Below, in pieces: positions 42,897-55,664 of a stretch of DNA of 64,000 nt. This stretch comes from an uncultured Candidatus Rokubacteria bacterium. Its GTDB lineage: Bacteria; Methylomirabilota; Methylomirabilia; Rokubacteriales; CSP1-6. The notes below the pieces were generated by a model that searched no databases, was not told the DNA's origin, and saw nothing but the letters and a program-made list of their open reading frames with translations. Where the stretch lies: assembly GCA_963758635.1 (NCBI GenBank), contig CAVWWD010000005.1, positions 512,001 to 576,000 on the forward strand, given 5' to 3'. Each line of letters opens with the position of its first letter. Positions within the stretch are counted from its first letter, which is position 1. The position numbers and the translations under genes were made by a program.

Positions 42897-42960
42897 CGGA
42901 GACCTTCCGCGCGCGCGCCGGGCCGGCGCGCCGGGCCGCCGCGCGCCGGTTCGCACTAAC

Positions 42961-43118
42961 AAGCCCCGCGCATCAGACTGATGCCGAGCGGTGGGACTGT
43001 AAAGGCCCGTGGCGTTACCGTATTCTGCGAGGGACCCTCGTGAGCCCCGCGCATCCGACACGGCCGAGCGGTGGGACGGGAGAGGCCCGTGGCGGCTACC
43101 GCATGCTGCGAGGATCAT
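42961..43118 (-). repeat. Repeat family B, two tandem copies
   Basis: 42961-43035 and 43043-43118 are reverse complements of the 23492-23569 unit. Confidence 0.9.
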
Positions 43119-44392
43119 GAGCGCCGGGCCAGCTCGCGCGGCAGGCTACGCCGGTCCACCGGGCCCAGCGCGAGCAGCGAGAGCTGGTCCTCGTCGAGCA
43201 CCTGCTGGATCAGCGCCTGCACCTCGTCGAGCGGCACCGCGTCGATCACGGCGAGGAGGTCGTCCACCGACTGGAAGGACCCGAACCTGAGCTCCTGCTT
43301 GGCCAGCCGGTTCATGCGGCTCGAGGTGGACTCGAGCGACAGCATGAGGTTGCCCTTCAGGTGGTCCTTGGCCCGGCGGAGCTCCTCGGCGAGCACCCCG
43401 TCCTTCTTGACCGCGCGGATCTCCTTCATCAGGGCCTTCAGGACCTTCGTGAAGTTCCCGGGGTCGGTGCCCGCGTACACGTAGAGCTCGCCCACGTCCC
43501 GGAAGGCCTGGGTGCCCGAGTGCACGGAGTACACGAGCGCCTGGCGCTCGCGGATCTCCTGGAACAGCCGGGAGGACATGCTGCCCCCGAGCACGTCATT
43601 CAGGAGGTAGAGCGCGTAGCGCTGCGGTGACACGTCGGACACGCCGGGGAAGCCCACGACCAGGTGCACCTGCTCGAGCTTCTTCGGCACGAGATGCACG
43701 CCCGGATGCGGCACGGGTGGCACGACCTCGCCCGGGGCCACGCCGGGGCGGGCGAAGCCGTCGAAGCGCTCGCGGAAGAGGTCGACCACGCGCCGGTGCT
43801 CGGCGTGACCGGCCACCGCCACGACGATGCGCGAGGGCACGTACGCCTCCTCGAAGTGTCGGAGGATCGTGTCGCGCTCGAACGCCCGCACCACGTCCCA
43901 CGCGCCGAGGATGGGCCGCCCGAGGGGGTGCTGGCGCCACACCCGCTCGGCGTAGAGGTCGTGGATGAGGTCGTCGGGCGTGTCTTCCACCATCTTGATC
44001 TCCTGGAAGACGACCGACTTCTCCTTCTCCACGTCCTCGGCGGCGAACAGGGGGCGCATCAGGATGTCGGACAGGAGGTCCACGGCGAGCGGGAGGTGCT
44101 CGTCGAGCACCGTCACGTAGAAGCAGGTGTGCTCCTTGGCCGTGAAGGCGTCCATGTGCCCGCCCACCGAGTCGATGGCGCGGGCGATGTCCTCGGCGCT
44201 CCGCGAGGCGGTGCCCTTGAAGACCAGGTGCTCGATGAGGTGGGAGATGCCGCCGCGCTCGAGCGGCTCCATGCGGGAGCCGGTCTCCACCCAGATCCCC
44301 ACCGCCACGGACCGCACGTGATCCATGGCCTCGGTGACGATCCGGATGCCGCTCGGCAGCACCTCCCGGCGGTACTGGGCTTGCTCGCTCAC
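43115..44392 (-). CDS. M16 family Zn peptidase
   Basis: HLIEHLVFKGT (HxxEH), GGSMSSRLFQEIRE; usual position after pnp. Confidence 0.94.
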   Translation of the reverse strand: MSEQAQYRREVLPSGIRIVTEAMDHVRSVAVGIWVETGSRMEPLERGGISHLIEHLVFKGTASRSAEDIARAIDSVGGHMDAFTAKEHTCFYVTVLDEHLPLAVDLLSDILMRPLFAAEDVEKEKSVVFQEIKMVEDTPDDLIHDLYAERVWRQHPLGRPILGAWDVVRAFERDTILRHFEEAYVPSRIVVAVAGHAEHRRVVDLFRERFDGFARPGVAPGEVVPPVPHPGVHLVPKKLEQVHLVVGFPGVSDVSPQRYALYLLNDVLGGSMSSRLFQEIRERQALVYSVHSGTQAFRDVGELYVYAGTDPGNFTKVLKALMKEIRAVKKDGVLAEELRRAKDHLKGNLMLSLESTSSRMNRLAKQELRFGSFQSVDDLLAVIDAVPLDEVQALIQQVLDEDQLSLLALGPVDRRSLPRELARRS

Positions 44393-44408
44393 CGCGGAGC
44401 TCCGCCTC

Positions 44409-46565
<2,157 letters not shown>

Positions 46566-46659
46566 ACGATGAATCGTCCTCCAGCGTGATGCGATGCGGG
46601 AATGTGTGGTGCCCGGCGCCGCCGGGCCCGGTGGGCGAGGATCGGGAGCGGGGCCCCCG

Positions 46660-46929
46660 TCACCTGCGGATTCCGAGCTTCTCGGTCAATGAGCGGTAGC
46701 GCTCCGTGTCCTTCTTCCGGAGATATTCGAGCAACCCCCGGCGCTTGCCGATGAGCATGAGCAGGCCGCGGCGGGAGTGATGGTCCTTCTGGTGGGTCTT
46801 GAAGTGGTCGGTGAGGCCGTTGATCCGCTCCGAGAGGAGTGCGATCTGGACCTCGGGCGAGCCTGTGTCCCCTTCGTGGACCTTGAACTGCTCGATCAGG
46901 CTCTTCTTCTTCTCGACGGACAGACGCAT
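46660..46929 (-). CDS. rpsO: 30S ribosomal protein S15
   Basis: [21 protein letters not shown]. Confidence 0.98.
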   Translation of the reverse strand: MRLSVEKKKSLIEQFKVHEGDTGSPEVQIALLSERINGLTDHFKTHQKDHHSRRGLLMLIGKRRGLLEYLRKKDTERYRSLTEKLGIRR

Positions 46930-47072
46930 GGGGCACTCCTTCCGGGGGATCCCCCCCCAATCGCCACGTCCCCAGGGCCTCGACCGCGGCCCCCCCGAGA
47001 CGGGTTCAGTGGAACTACCGGTGAAATCGAGCCGTCCGGAGGGAGCCTAACATGGCGTGCCAGGGCTGTAAA
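46930..47072 (-). promoter_or_regulatory. rpsO promoter and structured leader
   Basis: TTTACA(47072-47067)-17-TAGGCT(47049-47044); leader with GACGG...CCGTC pairing; candidate S15 autoregulatory RNA. Confidence 0.5.
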
Positions 47073-47178
47073 GTTCCCGTATCGCGCCATCTAAAATGTT
47101 ACCGAGCGAGGATCGTCGGGCCATTGGCGATGTTACCGTGCGCACTCTTCTCAAATGGCTTGACAGGGTTCCCCGGGC

Positions 47179-48132
47179 TCACGAGAGCGCCCCGGGGGCC
47201 GGAGACGAAGGCAGTCCTGCGATCCGGCGCGCGGTCTCGATGTCGGCCATGACCTGGGCCTTGAGGGCGTCGACCGATGAGAACTTCTGCTCGGGCCGGA
47301 TCCGCTCGATGAACTCCACGGTGAGGGTCCGGTCGTACAGGTCTCCCGAGAAGTCGAGCAGGAAGGCCTCGACCCAGTACTGGTGCTCGTCGAAGGTCGG
47401 GCGGTAGCCCACGTTGACGACGCCGGCCGCGTCCCCGCCGCGCCAGCGCGCGCGGCACGCGTACACGCCGGCGGCGAGGATGAGCGGCAGGTCGGGCCTC
47501 AGATTGGCGGTGGGAAAGCCGAGCGTGCGCCCCCGGCCGGCGCCGCGCAGCACGGGCCCATGAATGGCATAGGGGCGCCCGAGGAACCTCGCCGCCGCCG
47601 TCACGTCGCCCTCACGGAGCGCCTCGCGGATCGCCGTCGACGACACCGTCTGCCCCGCGACCTGCAGCGGCGGAAGGACGTGGGCGACGAACCCGTGCCC
47701 GCGGGCGAGCTCGCCGAGGAGCGCCGCCGTCCCGCGGGCGCTCCGGCCGAACGTGTGGTTGAAGCCCACCACGACCTCTTTCGCGCCCAGCGTCTTGACG
47801 AGCACGTCCGCGACGAACGTCTCCGCCTCGATCCGGGAGAACTCCGCCGTGAAGGGGATGACCAGCGTGGCGTCGATGCCGTGGGCCGCGATCTGCGCCA
47901 GGTTGTCCTCGAGGGTGGCGATCGGCGCGGGCGCGCGCTCCGGGGTCAGCACGATCGCCGGGGCCGGATCGAACGTGCAGACCAGCGCCGGCACCGCGAG
48001 CGCTCTCGCGCGCTCGACCGTGGTGGTGAGGATCTTGGCGTGCGCCAGGTGGACCCCGTCGAAGGAGCCCAGGGCGACCACCGAGGGCGCCAGCTCAGGC
48101 GGGAAGGACGGAAGTCCGCGCAGGATCCGCAT
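47179..48132 (-). CDS. ribF: Riboflavin kinase/FAD synthetase
   Basis: GSFDGVHLAH, VSSTAIR, GRTLGFPTAN, NVGYRPTF, IRPEQKF. Confidence 0.96.
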   Translation of the reverse strand: MRILRGLPSFPPELAPSVVALGSFDGVHLAHAKILTTTVERARALAVPALVCTFDPAPAIVLTPERAPAPIATLEDNLAQIAAHGIDATLVIPFTAEFSRIEAETFVADVLVKTLGAKEVVVGFNHTFGRSARGTAALLGELARGHGFVAHVLPPLQVAGQTVSSTAIREALREGDVTAAARFLGRPYAIHGPVLRGAGRGRTLGFPTANLRPDLPLILAAGVYACRARWRGGDAAGVVNVGYRPTFDEHQYWVEAFLLDFSGDLYDRTLTVEFIERIRPEQKFSSVDALKAQVMADIETARRIAGLPSSPAPGALS

Positions 48133-49040
48133 GAAGGAGCCGTTCGGGCCTGACCGTCCCCGCCGAGGCGATGCCGACGCCGAGGAAGACGCCGTCGGCG
48201 CCGTAGACACGGACGATGCCGTCGGCCGTAGGAGGTGCGCCGGCGGCCTGACCGTGGGTGAACGCGCGGGTGGCCGCCGGGACGAGCGTGAGGGCCGGAC
48301 GGCCCTGGAGGGCCGCGTCGGGCGGCAGGAGCCGAGACCACAGGGCGGCCGCGTCGCGGCAGGTCGAGAGCTCGGCCCACGGCACCGCGTCGGACAGCGC
48401 GAAGGGGCCGACGCGCGTGCGCGTCAGCCGGGACAGCGCGGCGCCGCATCCAATCGCCGCACCCGCGTCTGCGACGAGGGTGCGCACGTACGTGCCCTTG
48501 CCGCACCGGACGCGCATGGTGAAGTCCGGCAGCGACACACCCTCGAGCGCGATCCCGTGGACGACCACGCGGCGAGCCCGGCGGTCGACGCTCCCGCCTT
48601 CCCGCGCGATCTCGTAGAGGCGGCGGCCCTCGTGGTGGATGGCCGAGTACATCGGGGGCACCTGGTCGATCTCGCCGACGAAGCGGGCCAGGATGCCGGT
48701 GAGGCTCGCCTCGTCCAGCGCGGGCACCGGGTGCGTGGCCACGACCGCGCCCGAGAGGTCCTGGGTGTCGGTGGCGACGCCCAGCGTGGCCGTCGCCACG
48801 TATTCCTTGTCGGCATCCGCGAGGTACGGCATGAGCTTGGTCGCCTCGCCGATGAGAAGCGGGAGGACCCCCGTGGCGTCCGGGTCGAGGGTGCCGGCAT
48901 GTCCGACCTTCCCCGCGCGGAGGAGCCGCCGCACGAGCGCCACGACGTTCGAACGACGTGACCCCACGGCCCTTCTCGACCGGAAGGACGCCCGAGCGGA
49001 GACTCGCGGCGCGCCCGCGCGTGGACGGACCCGCCTTCAT
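48095..49040 (-). CDS. truB: tRNA pseudouridine(55) synthase (frameshift ~48953)
   Basis: GVLPVEKGRGVTSF in one frame; KVGHAGTLDP, QVPPMYSA, GTYVRTL in another. Confidence 0.93.
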
Positions 49041-50029
49041 TCGGGAGGGAGCGCCTCGCGGATGGCCGCCAGCATGGTCCGGGCGACGTCGTCGAGGCCG
49101 CCCGGCACGGTGCACCCCGCGGCGTTCTCGTGGCCGCCGCCGCCGAAGCGGCCCGCGATCCGGTTGACGGCCACGTCGCCCTTCGCTCTCAGGCTCACCT
49201 TCACCGCGCTCGGCCCCTCCTCGCGGAGGAGCATGGCGACCTTGACGCCCTCGAGCGAGCGCGGGTAGCTCACGAGGTCCTCCGACGACACCAGCGAGTC
49301 CGAGACCAGGCCCCGCGGCACGCCGAGCCAGGCGATCCGTCCATCGTCCGATACCGCCACCCGGCGGAGCACCTCGCCGAGCTCGTTGAGGGTGCCCGGC
49401 GGCCGCCGCTGGTAGAGCCAGTCCGTGACCAGCGCGGGCTCGGCCCCCGCCCGCGTGAGCTCCGCGGCGATGCGGAACGTCCGCGCGGTGGTGTTGGAGT
49501 AGCGGAACGAGCCCGTGTCGGTGTGGATGGCCGTGAACAGGTTGAGCGCGATGTCGCGGGTCACCGGCCGGCCGAGCGCGACCACGAGCTGGTAGACCAT
49601 CTCGCCGGTGGCCGCCGCCGCCGGGTCGATCCAGTCGACGGTGCCGTAGCGCCGGTTGTCGGGATGGTGGTCGATGTTCAGGACCTGGCTCTTCGGTCCC
49701 CGCGCCTGCTCGAGCAGCCCCTCGGTGCGCCGGTCGTTCGGGCAGTCGGTGAGCACGATCACCCCGAAGTGGCGGGGGGCGGCCGTCCAGACCTGGTAGC
49801 GGGCGGACGCGGGCAGGAAGCTCAGCACGCCGGGCACGGGGTGCGGGCCGGCGAAGGTCGGGGACCAGCCGGCGCCCTCGAGGGCCAGCCCCAGAGCGAA
49901 CAGCGTGCCCAGCACGTCCGCGTCGGGGTGCACGTGCCCGAGGAGCAGCACTTCGCGAGGCGCGCCCGAGAGCGTCTCCAGCACGGCGCGCGGCGGCGCC
50001 TCGAACCGCTCCGGTGCGCTCTCAGTCAT
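49037..50029 (-). CDS. nrnA: DHH/DHHA1 oligoribonuclease/pAp phosphatase
   Basis: HVHPDAD, NIDHH, DTGSFRY, GGGGHENAAG. Confidence 0.9.
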   Translation of the reverse strand: MTESAPERFEAPPRAVLETLSGAPREVLLLGHVHPDADVLGTLFALGLALEGAGWSPTFAGPHPVPGVLSFLPASARYQVWTAAPRHFGVIVLTDCPNDRRTEGLLEQARGPKSQVLNIDHHPDNRRYGTVDWIDPAAAATGEMVYQLVVALGRPVTRDIALNLFTAIHTDTGSFRYSNTTARTFRIAAELTRAGAEPALVTDWLYQRRPPGTLNELGEVLRRVAVSDDGRIAWLGVPRGLVSDSLVSSEDLVSYPRSLEGVKVAMLLREEGPSAVKVSLRAKGDVAVNRIAGRFGGGGHENAAGCTVPGGLDDVARTMLAAIREALPPE

Positions 50030-50402
50030 CGGTCCGCCCGCCCTGGCCGCGGTCACCTGGTTCCGGTCGGAGCCCGGCGAGGAGGGCCTGCATGCGGGCA
50101 CCGTGCTCCATCGAGCGGTCGGGCCGGAAGGAGATCTCCGGGGTCACGCGCAGATCCAGGTGACGCCTGAGCCACGCCCACACGAACCCGCGTGCGCTCT
50201 CGAGGGCCTTGAACGACTTGACCCATTGCTCGTCCGTGCCCAGCACCGAGACGTAGACCTTGGCCTGCTTCAGGTCCGCGTTGGTGTCCACCTCGGTCAC
50301 CGTGACGAAGCCGAGCCGCGGGTCCTTCAGCTCGCGATGGAGGACGGTGGAGATCTCCTCCTTGATCAGCTGGTTGACCCGCTCGAGGCGTTTGCCCTGC
50401 AT
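50022..50402 (-). CDS. rbfA: Ribosome-binding factor A
   Basis: RLERV, KDPRL..VTVTEV, LRVTPEISF..D.S. Confidence 0.95.
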   Translation of the reverse strand: MQGKRLERVNQLIKEEISTVLHRELKDPRLGFVTVTEVDTNADLKQAKVYVSVLGTDEQWVKSFKALESARGFVWAWLRRHLDLRVTPEISFRPDRSMEHGARMQALLAGLRPEPGDRGQGGRTDD

Positions 50403-50406
50403 GGCG

Positions 50407-50697
50407 CTACAGGACCTCCAGGTGCACGTCGCTGACGTAGCCGTCGACGTTGTCCTCGATGAAGTCCATCGCCTTGGAGACAACCTCGTTGGCGTGGCGC
50501 GCGTCGCCGGAGACGCAGGCCAGGGCCACGGTGGCGAGCTGCCACGCGTCCTGGTGATCCACCTCGGCCACGGAGATCTCGAAGCGCTGGCGGACGCGCT
50601 GGAGGAGACCTTTGAGGGCGTGGCGCTTTCCCTTGAGGGAGCCGACGTCCGGGAGATGGAGGTCCATCGTGCCGAGGACGACCCGCGCGCCTGCCAT
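50407..50697 (-). CDS. DUF503/YlxP family protein
   Basis: SLKGKR, SVAEVDHQDAWQ; between infB and rbfA. Confidence 0.9.
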   Translation of the reverse strand: MAGARVVLGTMDLHLPDVGSLKGKRHALKGLLQRVRQRFEISVAEVDHQDAWQLATVALACVSGDARHANEVVSKAMDFIEDNVDGYVSDVHLEVL

Positions 50698-50749
50698 GCC
50701 CTACCGCGGACCGGACCAGCGGGGAGACCCGTGCGGGTCTCCGCGCCGA

Positions 50750-53329
50750 TCACAGCGTCCGCGCCACCTCTTCGGTCGTGAAGGCCTCGATGAGGTCGCC
50801 GGCCAGGATGCCGCGCACGGCATCGACGCCGATGCCGCACTCGAGCCCCTGGAGCACCTCGCGCACGTCGTCCTTGAACCGCTTGAGCGAGGTCACCGTC
50901 CCCTCGCCTACGAGCGTCTCACCGCGCTTCACGCGCACGCGCGCGCTGCGGACCATCTTGCCCTCGGTGACCATCGACCCGCAGATCATCCCGAGCTTCG
51001 TGATCGGGAAGAGCTGCCGCACCTGGGCGCGGCCGAGCACCGTCTCGCGGATCTCGGGCGCGAGCATGCCGGACAGCGCCGCCCGCACGTCGTTGATCAC
51101 GTCGTAGATGACGTTGTAGCTGCGCACGTCCACGCCGTTGGCCTGCGCCTGGCTCTGGGCCTTGGGGTCGGCCTTCACGTTGAAGCCCAGCACGATGGCG
51201 TTGGAGGCGGAGGCGAGCATCACGTCGGACTCGTTCACCGCGCCCACCGACCCGTGGATGACCTTCAGCTTCACCTCGTCGGTCGACAGCCGCTCGAGCG
51301 ACTCGGTGAGGGCCTCGACCGATCCCTGCACGTCGGCCTTCAGGATGAGGCGCAGCTCCTTGACCTCGCCGGCCTCGATCTGCTTGTGGAGCTCTTCCAG
51401 GGTCACGCGCTGCGCGGACTTGCCGCGAAGCTTGTCCCGCTCGGCCCGCACGGTGGCGATCTGCCGCGCCTTGCGCTCGTCCGACACCACGAGGAGGGTG
51501 TCGCCGGCCTGCGGCACGCCGGACAGCCCGAGGATCTCCACCGGGTCCGCGGGGCCGGCCTTCTGCACCTTCTTGCCGCGGTCGCTGAACATGGCGCGGA
51601 CGCGGCCGGATTGCGAGCCCACCACGACGGCGTCGCCCTCCTTGAGCGTCCCCGACTGGATCAGCGCGGTCGCCACCGGGCCGCGGCCCCGGTCAAGGCG
51701 CCCTTCCACGATCACGCCGCGCGCCGACCGGTTCGCGTTGGCGCGCAGCTCGAGGATCTCGGTCTGGAGCGCGGTCATCTCGAGGAGCTGGGCGATGCCG
51801 TCGCCGCGCTTGGCCGACGTGTGGACGAAGATGGTCTGCCCGCCCCAGTCCTCGGGCACGAGCCCGTGGTTGGAGAGCTCGCGCTTGACCCGGTCCGGGT
51901 CGGAGCCCGGCTTGTCGATCTTGTTCACCGCCACCAGGATGGGCACCGACGCCGCCTTGGCGTGGTTCACCGCCTCCACGGTCTGGGGCATCACGCCGTC
52001 GTCCGCCGCCACCACCAGGATGACGATGTCGGTGGCCTGGGCGCCGCGCGCCCGCATCGCGGTGAACGCCTCGTGGCCGGGCGTGTCGAGGAAGGTCACC
52101 TTGCCGTGGCTGGTGTCGACCTGATAGGCCCCGATGTGCTGCGTGATGCCGCCGAACTCCTTCTCGGCGACCTTGGTGGTGCGGATCGCGTCGAGCAACG
52201 AGGTCTTCCCGTGGTCGACGTGCCCCATCACCGTGACCACCGGCGGCCGCGGGCTGAGCTGGGTCGGATCGGACTCCTCCTCCTCGAGGAGGTCTCCCTC
52301 GAGCGAGCGCACTTCCACGTCGAAGCTGAACTTGTCCGCGACCAGCTTGGCCGCGGTGGGATCCAGCACCTCGTTCAGCGTCGCCATGACGCCCAGGTCG
52401 AGCAGGGCCTTGATGACCTCACCCGACTTCCTGCGCATGGCCGCGGCGAGCTCGCCGACCGTGACCGACTCGGGGAGCTTGATCAGCTCGCGCTTGACCT
52501 CCGCGGGCGGCGCGGGCTCGACGGGCGGACGGACGGGGACGCGCGCGGGGGCCGAGGCCGCCGCCGGTGCGGGAGCGGGCCGGGCCGCCGCGGGCACGAC
52601 CGGCGACGGGCGCGCAGGCACGGGACCCGTGGGGCGCAGAGGCGGCGCCGGCGGCACGGGCCGCGGCGGCACGACCGGCGCCGCGGGCAGGATCACCCGC
52701 CGCGGCGGAACCGTGACCGGAGCCGGAGCGGCAGGCCTCACCTCGGGCGCGACGGGCACCCCGGGGGCGGCAGCGGGAGCCGCGGGGACGGGCACAGCCG
52801 GTGCCGCGGGCGGAGCCGCGGCGGCCGGCCTGATCGGCACCACCGCGGGGCGCGCCGGATCGAAACGCACGGGCTCGGGGGCGATCGGCTGCGCGGGCGC
52901 GGGAGGTACCGCCACCGGCGCCGGCTCGACGACCGGCGGAGCAGGAGGAGCAGGCGTCGGGCGGAAGATCGTCGCGGCGGGCTTGATCACCTCCGGCACC
53001 GGCGCGGGGAGGGGTTCGGGCCTGGTCACCTTCGCCGCCCCCTTGCGGGCCGACTTCGCCCCGATCTCTATCTGCGATCCGCCGTCGGTGGGCGCGACCT
53101 CTTCGGGCGTCGCCCCGGTCTTCGGCTTCGGGACGCGCTTGGGCTTGGCCTCGACCGGCAGCTCGCGACCGCGGCCCAGCTTGACCCGCAACTCGTTCGC
53201 CGTGGAGGCGTCGAGCGGAGTCATGGCACGGACGCTCTTCTGGCCCATGCCCTCGAGGGCAACGATCAGATCCTTGCTGGTGACCCCCAGCTCCTTCGCC
53301 AGCTCGATGACCTTCAGCCTTCCTGCCAC
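50750..53329 (-). CDS. infB: Translation initiation factor IF-2
   Basis: VIELAKELG, Pro/Ala linker, MGHVDHGKT, DTPGHEAF, NKID, SLKRFKDD. Confidence 0.97.
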   Translation of the reverse strand: MAGRLKVIELAKELGVTSKDLIVALEGMGQKSVRAMTPLDASTANELRVKLGRGRELPVEAKPKRVPKPKTGATPEEVAPTDGGSQIEIGAKSARKGAAKVTRPEPLPAPVPEVIKPAATIFRPTPAPPAPPVVEPAPVAVPPAPAQPIAPEPVRFDPARPAVVPIRPAAAAPPAAPAVPVPAAPAAAPGVPVAPEVRPAAPAPVTVPPRRVILPAAPVVPPRPVPPAPPLRPTGPVPARPSPVVPAAARPAPAPAAASAPARVPVRPPVEPAPPAEVKRELIKLPESVTVGELAAAMRRKSGEVIKALLDLGVMATLNEVLDPTAAKLVADKFSFDVEVRSLEGDLLEEEESDPTQLSPRPPVVTVMGHVDHGKTSLLDAIRTTKVAEKEFGGITQHIGAYQVDTSHGKVTFLDTPGHEAFTAMRARGAQATDIVILVVAADDGVMPQTVEAVNHAKAASVPILVAVNKIDKPGSDPDRVKRELSNHGLVPEDWGGQTIFVHTSAKRGDGIAQLLEMTALQTEILELRANANRSARGVIVEGRLDRGRGPVATALIQSGTLKEGDAVVVGSQSGRVRAMFSDRGKKVQKAGPADPVEILGLSGVPQAGDTLLVVSDERKARQIATVRAERDKLRGKSAQRVTLEELHKQIEAGEVKELRLILKADVQGSVEALTESLERLSTDEVKLKVIHGSVGAVNESDVMLASASNAIVLGFNVKADPKAQSQAQANGVDVRSYNVIYDVINDVRAALSGMLAPEIRETVLGRAQVRQLFPITKLGMICGSMVTEGKMVRSARVRVKRGETLVGEGTVTSLKRFKDDVREVLQGLECGIGVDAVRGILAGDLIEAFTTEEVARTL

Positions 53330-53397
53330 AGCCTCGTCTCCTCGCTTTGGTCTGACGGGGGAGCGGTCGAGCCGCTCCGTCCCGCGTCTCCAACTGC

Positions 53398-53676
53398 TCA
53401 CTCGCCGCCCGTTGTGTCCCCCAGTCGCTCGAGGATGCCTGCCGCGCCGTCCGCGGGTGGCATGCTCGACCGCCGGAACGCGTGATCGAGCCGACCTCGC
53501 GCCAGCGCCTGCGTCAGGCACGACAGCGACCGGCACGCGTAGGCGCCCCGGCCCGGCCTGACTCCGTCCATGTCGACCTCGACCTGCCCGTCACGACCTC
53601 GTACCAGTCGAACCAGCGCCGCCTTCGCTCGCGCCTGCCGGCACCCGATGCAGGTCCGCTGGGGCGCCCCGGTCAC
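53398..53676 (-). CDS. ylxR: YlxR/RnpM RNA-binding protein
   Basis: PQRTCIGCR, LVRLV, GRGAY.C...C. Confidence 0.9.
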   Translation of the reverse strand: MTGAPQRTCIGCRQARAKAALVRLVRGRDGQVEVDMDGVRPGRGAYACRSLSCLTQALARGRLDHAFRRSSMPPADGAAGILERLGDTTGGE

Positions 53677-55064
53677 TCCGCCGTCGGACGCTCCGGATCC
53701 TCCGCGAGCGCCACCTCGGCCCCCGACTCCGCGGCCGCCGCGTCCCCCTCGCCGACCGCCTCGGTGACGGTCACGCGGCTCACGATGGGGTGATCGACCA
53801 GCCACTGCTCGGCGGCAGCGAGGATGCCGGGGGCGCGCTTCTCGCCGACACCGGGCACCGTCTCGAGGGCGGCGAGCCCCGCGCGGACGATGCGGGAGGG
53901 CGAGTAGAGGCCCGTCTCGATGAGCTGCTCGACGAGCTCCGGACCGAGGCCGGGCATCTCGCCCAGGGCTTCCCGTCCCTGGGCGCGCTCCTCCTCCTCG
54001 CGGCGGCGCTCGTCCTCCAGCTCGCCCTCGCTCTTGATGTCGACGCGCACGCCGGTGAGCTTCGCGGCGAGGCGGGCGTTCTGGCCGCGCTTGCCGATCG
54101 CGAGCGACAGCTGGTTGTCGGGCACGATGACCAGCACCGACCGCTGCTCCTCATCGCTCTCGGCCTCGCCCACCGTGACCGAGGCCACCTTCGCCGGCGA
54201 CAACGCGCGGGCCACGAACGTGGCAGTGTCCGGCGACCACTCCACGATGTCGATCTTCTCGCCGCGGAGCTCCCGGCTGATCACCTGGATCCGGGTGCCG
54301 CGGAGCCCCACGCAGGCGCCGATGGGATCGACGTCCCGCTTGGTCGACGCCACCGCCACCTTGGCGCGCTCGCCCGGCTCCCGGGCCGCGCCCTTCACCT
54401 GGACGATCCCCTCGGCGATCTCCGGGATCTCGCCCTCGAACAGCCGCGCGAGCAGGCCGGGGTGCGTGCGGGACAGCATGATCTGCGGGCCCTTGGCCGT
54501 CTTCTTGACCTCGAGCAGGTAGGCGCGGACACGGTCGCCGGGGTTGTACCGCTCCCCGGGGATCTGCTCCCGTTCCACGATCACGCCTTCCGCCTTGCCC
54601 AGCTCGACGATCACGTTCCGCTTCTCGATCCGGTGGACGACGCCGCGGACGATCTTGCCTTCCTTGTCGATGAACTCGGCGTGGATGGCGTCGCGCTCGG
54701 CGTCGCGCACGCGCTGCAGGATCACCTGCTTGGCCGTCTGCGCGGCGATGCGCCCGAACTCCTGGGGCGCCATCTCCAGCTCGAGCTCGTCGTCGAGCTG
54801 CGCCTCGTCGTTCAGCTCGCGGGCCTCGGCGAGCGAGATCTCGAGCTTCGGATCGGTGACGGCCTCGACCACCTTCTTGCGGCCGAAGACCTGGAGGGCG
54901 CCGGTCTGCCGGTTCAGGTGCATGCGCACGTTGTCGGCGACGCCCATGGTCTTCTTGGAAGCGGACAGGAGGGCGGACTCCAGCGCCTCGAAGAGGACCT
55001 CGGTGCCGATCCCCTTCTCGTTGCCGATCTGCTGGATGACGTAGATCAACTCTTTGTTGGTCAC
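53673..55064 (-). CDS. nusA: Transcription factor NusA
   Basis: FGRIAAQTAKQ, S1, AREPGER.K, AIGKRGQNARLA. Confidence 0.97.
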   Translation of the reverse strand: MTNKELIYVIQQIGNEKGIGTEVLFEALESALLSASKKTMGVADNVRMHLNRQTGALQVFGRKKVVEAVTDPKLEISLAEARELNDEAQLDDELELEMAPQEFGRIAAQTAKQVILQRVRDAERDAIHAEFIDKEGKIVRGVVHRIEKRNVIVELGKAEGVIVEREQIPGERYNPGDRVRAYLLEVKKTAKGPQIMLSRTHPGLLARLFEGEIPEIAEGIVQVKGAAREPGERAKVAVASTKRDVDPIGACVGLRGTRIQVISRELRGEKIDIVEWSPDTATFVARALSPAKVASVTVGEAESDEEQRSVLVIVPDNQLSLAIGKRGQNARLAAKLTGVRVDIKSEGELEDERRREEEERAQGREALGEMPGLGPELVEQLIETGLYSPSRIVRAGLAALETVPGVGEKRAPGILAAAEQWLVDHPIVSRVTVTEAVGEGDAAAAESGAEVALAEDPERPTAE

Positions 55065-55076
55065 TGTCCGCCACCT

Positions 55077-55568
55077 CTACCTGCGCATCCTGAGGTCCGG
55101 AACGAGCCGAGCCCGCGCCACCAGCCGGCGCGCCAGCGTTCGCACCGCCCCGTCCGGGTCACGCAGGGTCAGGTCTTCCGGTCCGGCCTGCACGAGCACC
55201 CCTACCATCTCCGTGCGCCCGTCCACCGGCTCGCGGAGCCAGCAGCGCACGTCCTTCCCGATCGCCCACGCGAACTCGCGGTCCTTGCGGAGCTCCCGGT
55301 CGAGACCGGGCGACGACACCTCGAGGTCGTACGCGCCCTCGATCAACCCGGCAACGTCGAGCACGTCTCCAGCCTCGTGACTCACCCGCTGGCACTCGCC
55401 GACGCTCACCCCGTTCGCCTTGTCGACGAACAGCCGGAGCACCGGACGCCGGCCTTCCCGCAGAAACTCCAGATCCACCAGGGCCAGCCCGTGGGAGGCC
55501 AGTACGGGCTCCAGGACGGCTTCGAGGCGCGAGAGCCGGCCGCCTGGGTCTTTGAGCCCCTGGTCCAC
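55077..55568 (-). CDS. rimP: Ribosome maturation factor RimP
   Basis: LRLFVDK, YDLEVSSPGLDREL. Confidence 0.95.
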   Translation of the reverse strand: MDQGLKDPGGRLSRLEAVLEPVLASHGLALVDLEFLREGRRPVLRLFVDKANGVSVGECQRVSHEAGDVLDVAGLIEGAYDLEVSSPGLDRELRKDREFAWAIGKDVRCWLREPVDGRTEMVGVLVQAGPEDLTLRDPDGAVRTLARRLVARARLVPDLRMRR

Positions 55569-55583
55569 GCGTTCAACTCCTAG

Positions 55584-55610
55584 AAAAAAAAGTGGGCAGA
55601 GCCCACTTTT
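55584..55610 (-). promoter_or_regulatory. rimP leader hairpin/attenuator
   Basis: AAAAGTGGGC-TCT-GCCCACTTTTTTTT just upstream of rimP. Confidence 0.75.
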
Positions 55611-55664
55611 GGCGACACTTTAGCACACGGCTCAGGGACGCCGCAAGGCGACCCCACCATTTCT

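Noticed and set aside
42961..43118. Tandem repeat as CRISPR or a real N-terminal extension of PurB
   Set aside because: Units are ~80 nt with no unique spacer and occur dispersed elsewhere; the canonical PurB start MIERYS is at 42896
46930..47170. tRNA or tmRNA in the lower-GC intergenic region
   Set aside because: No cloverleaf or T-loop/CCA pattern; better explained as rpsO promoter and leader
52500..53050. Low-complexity GC repeats
   Set aside because: They encode the Pro/Ala-rich linker commonly found in IF-2
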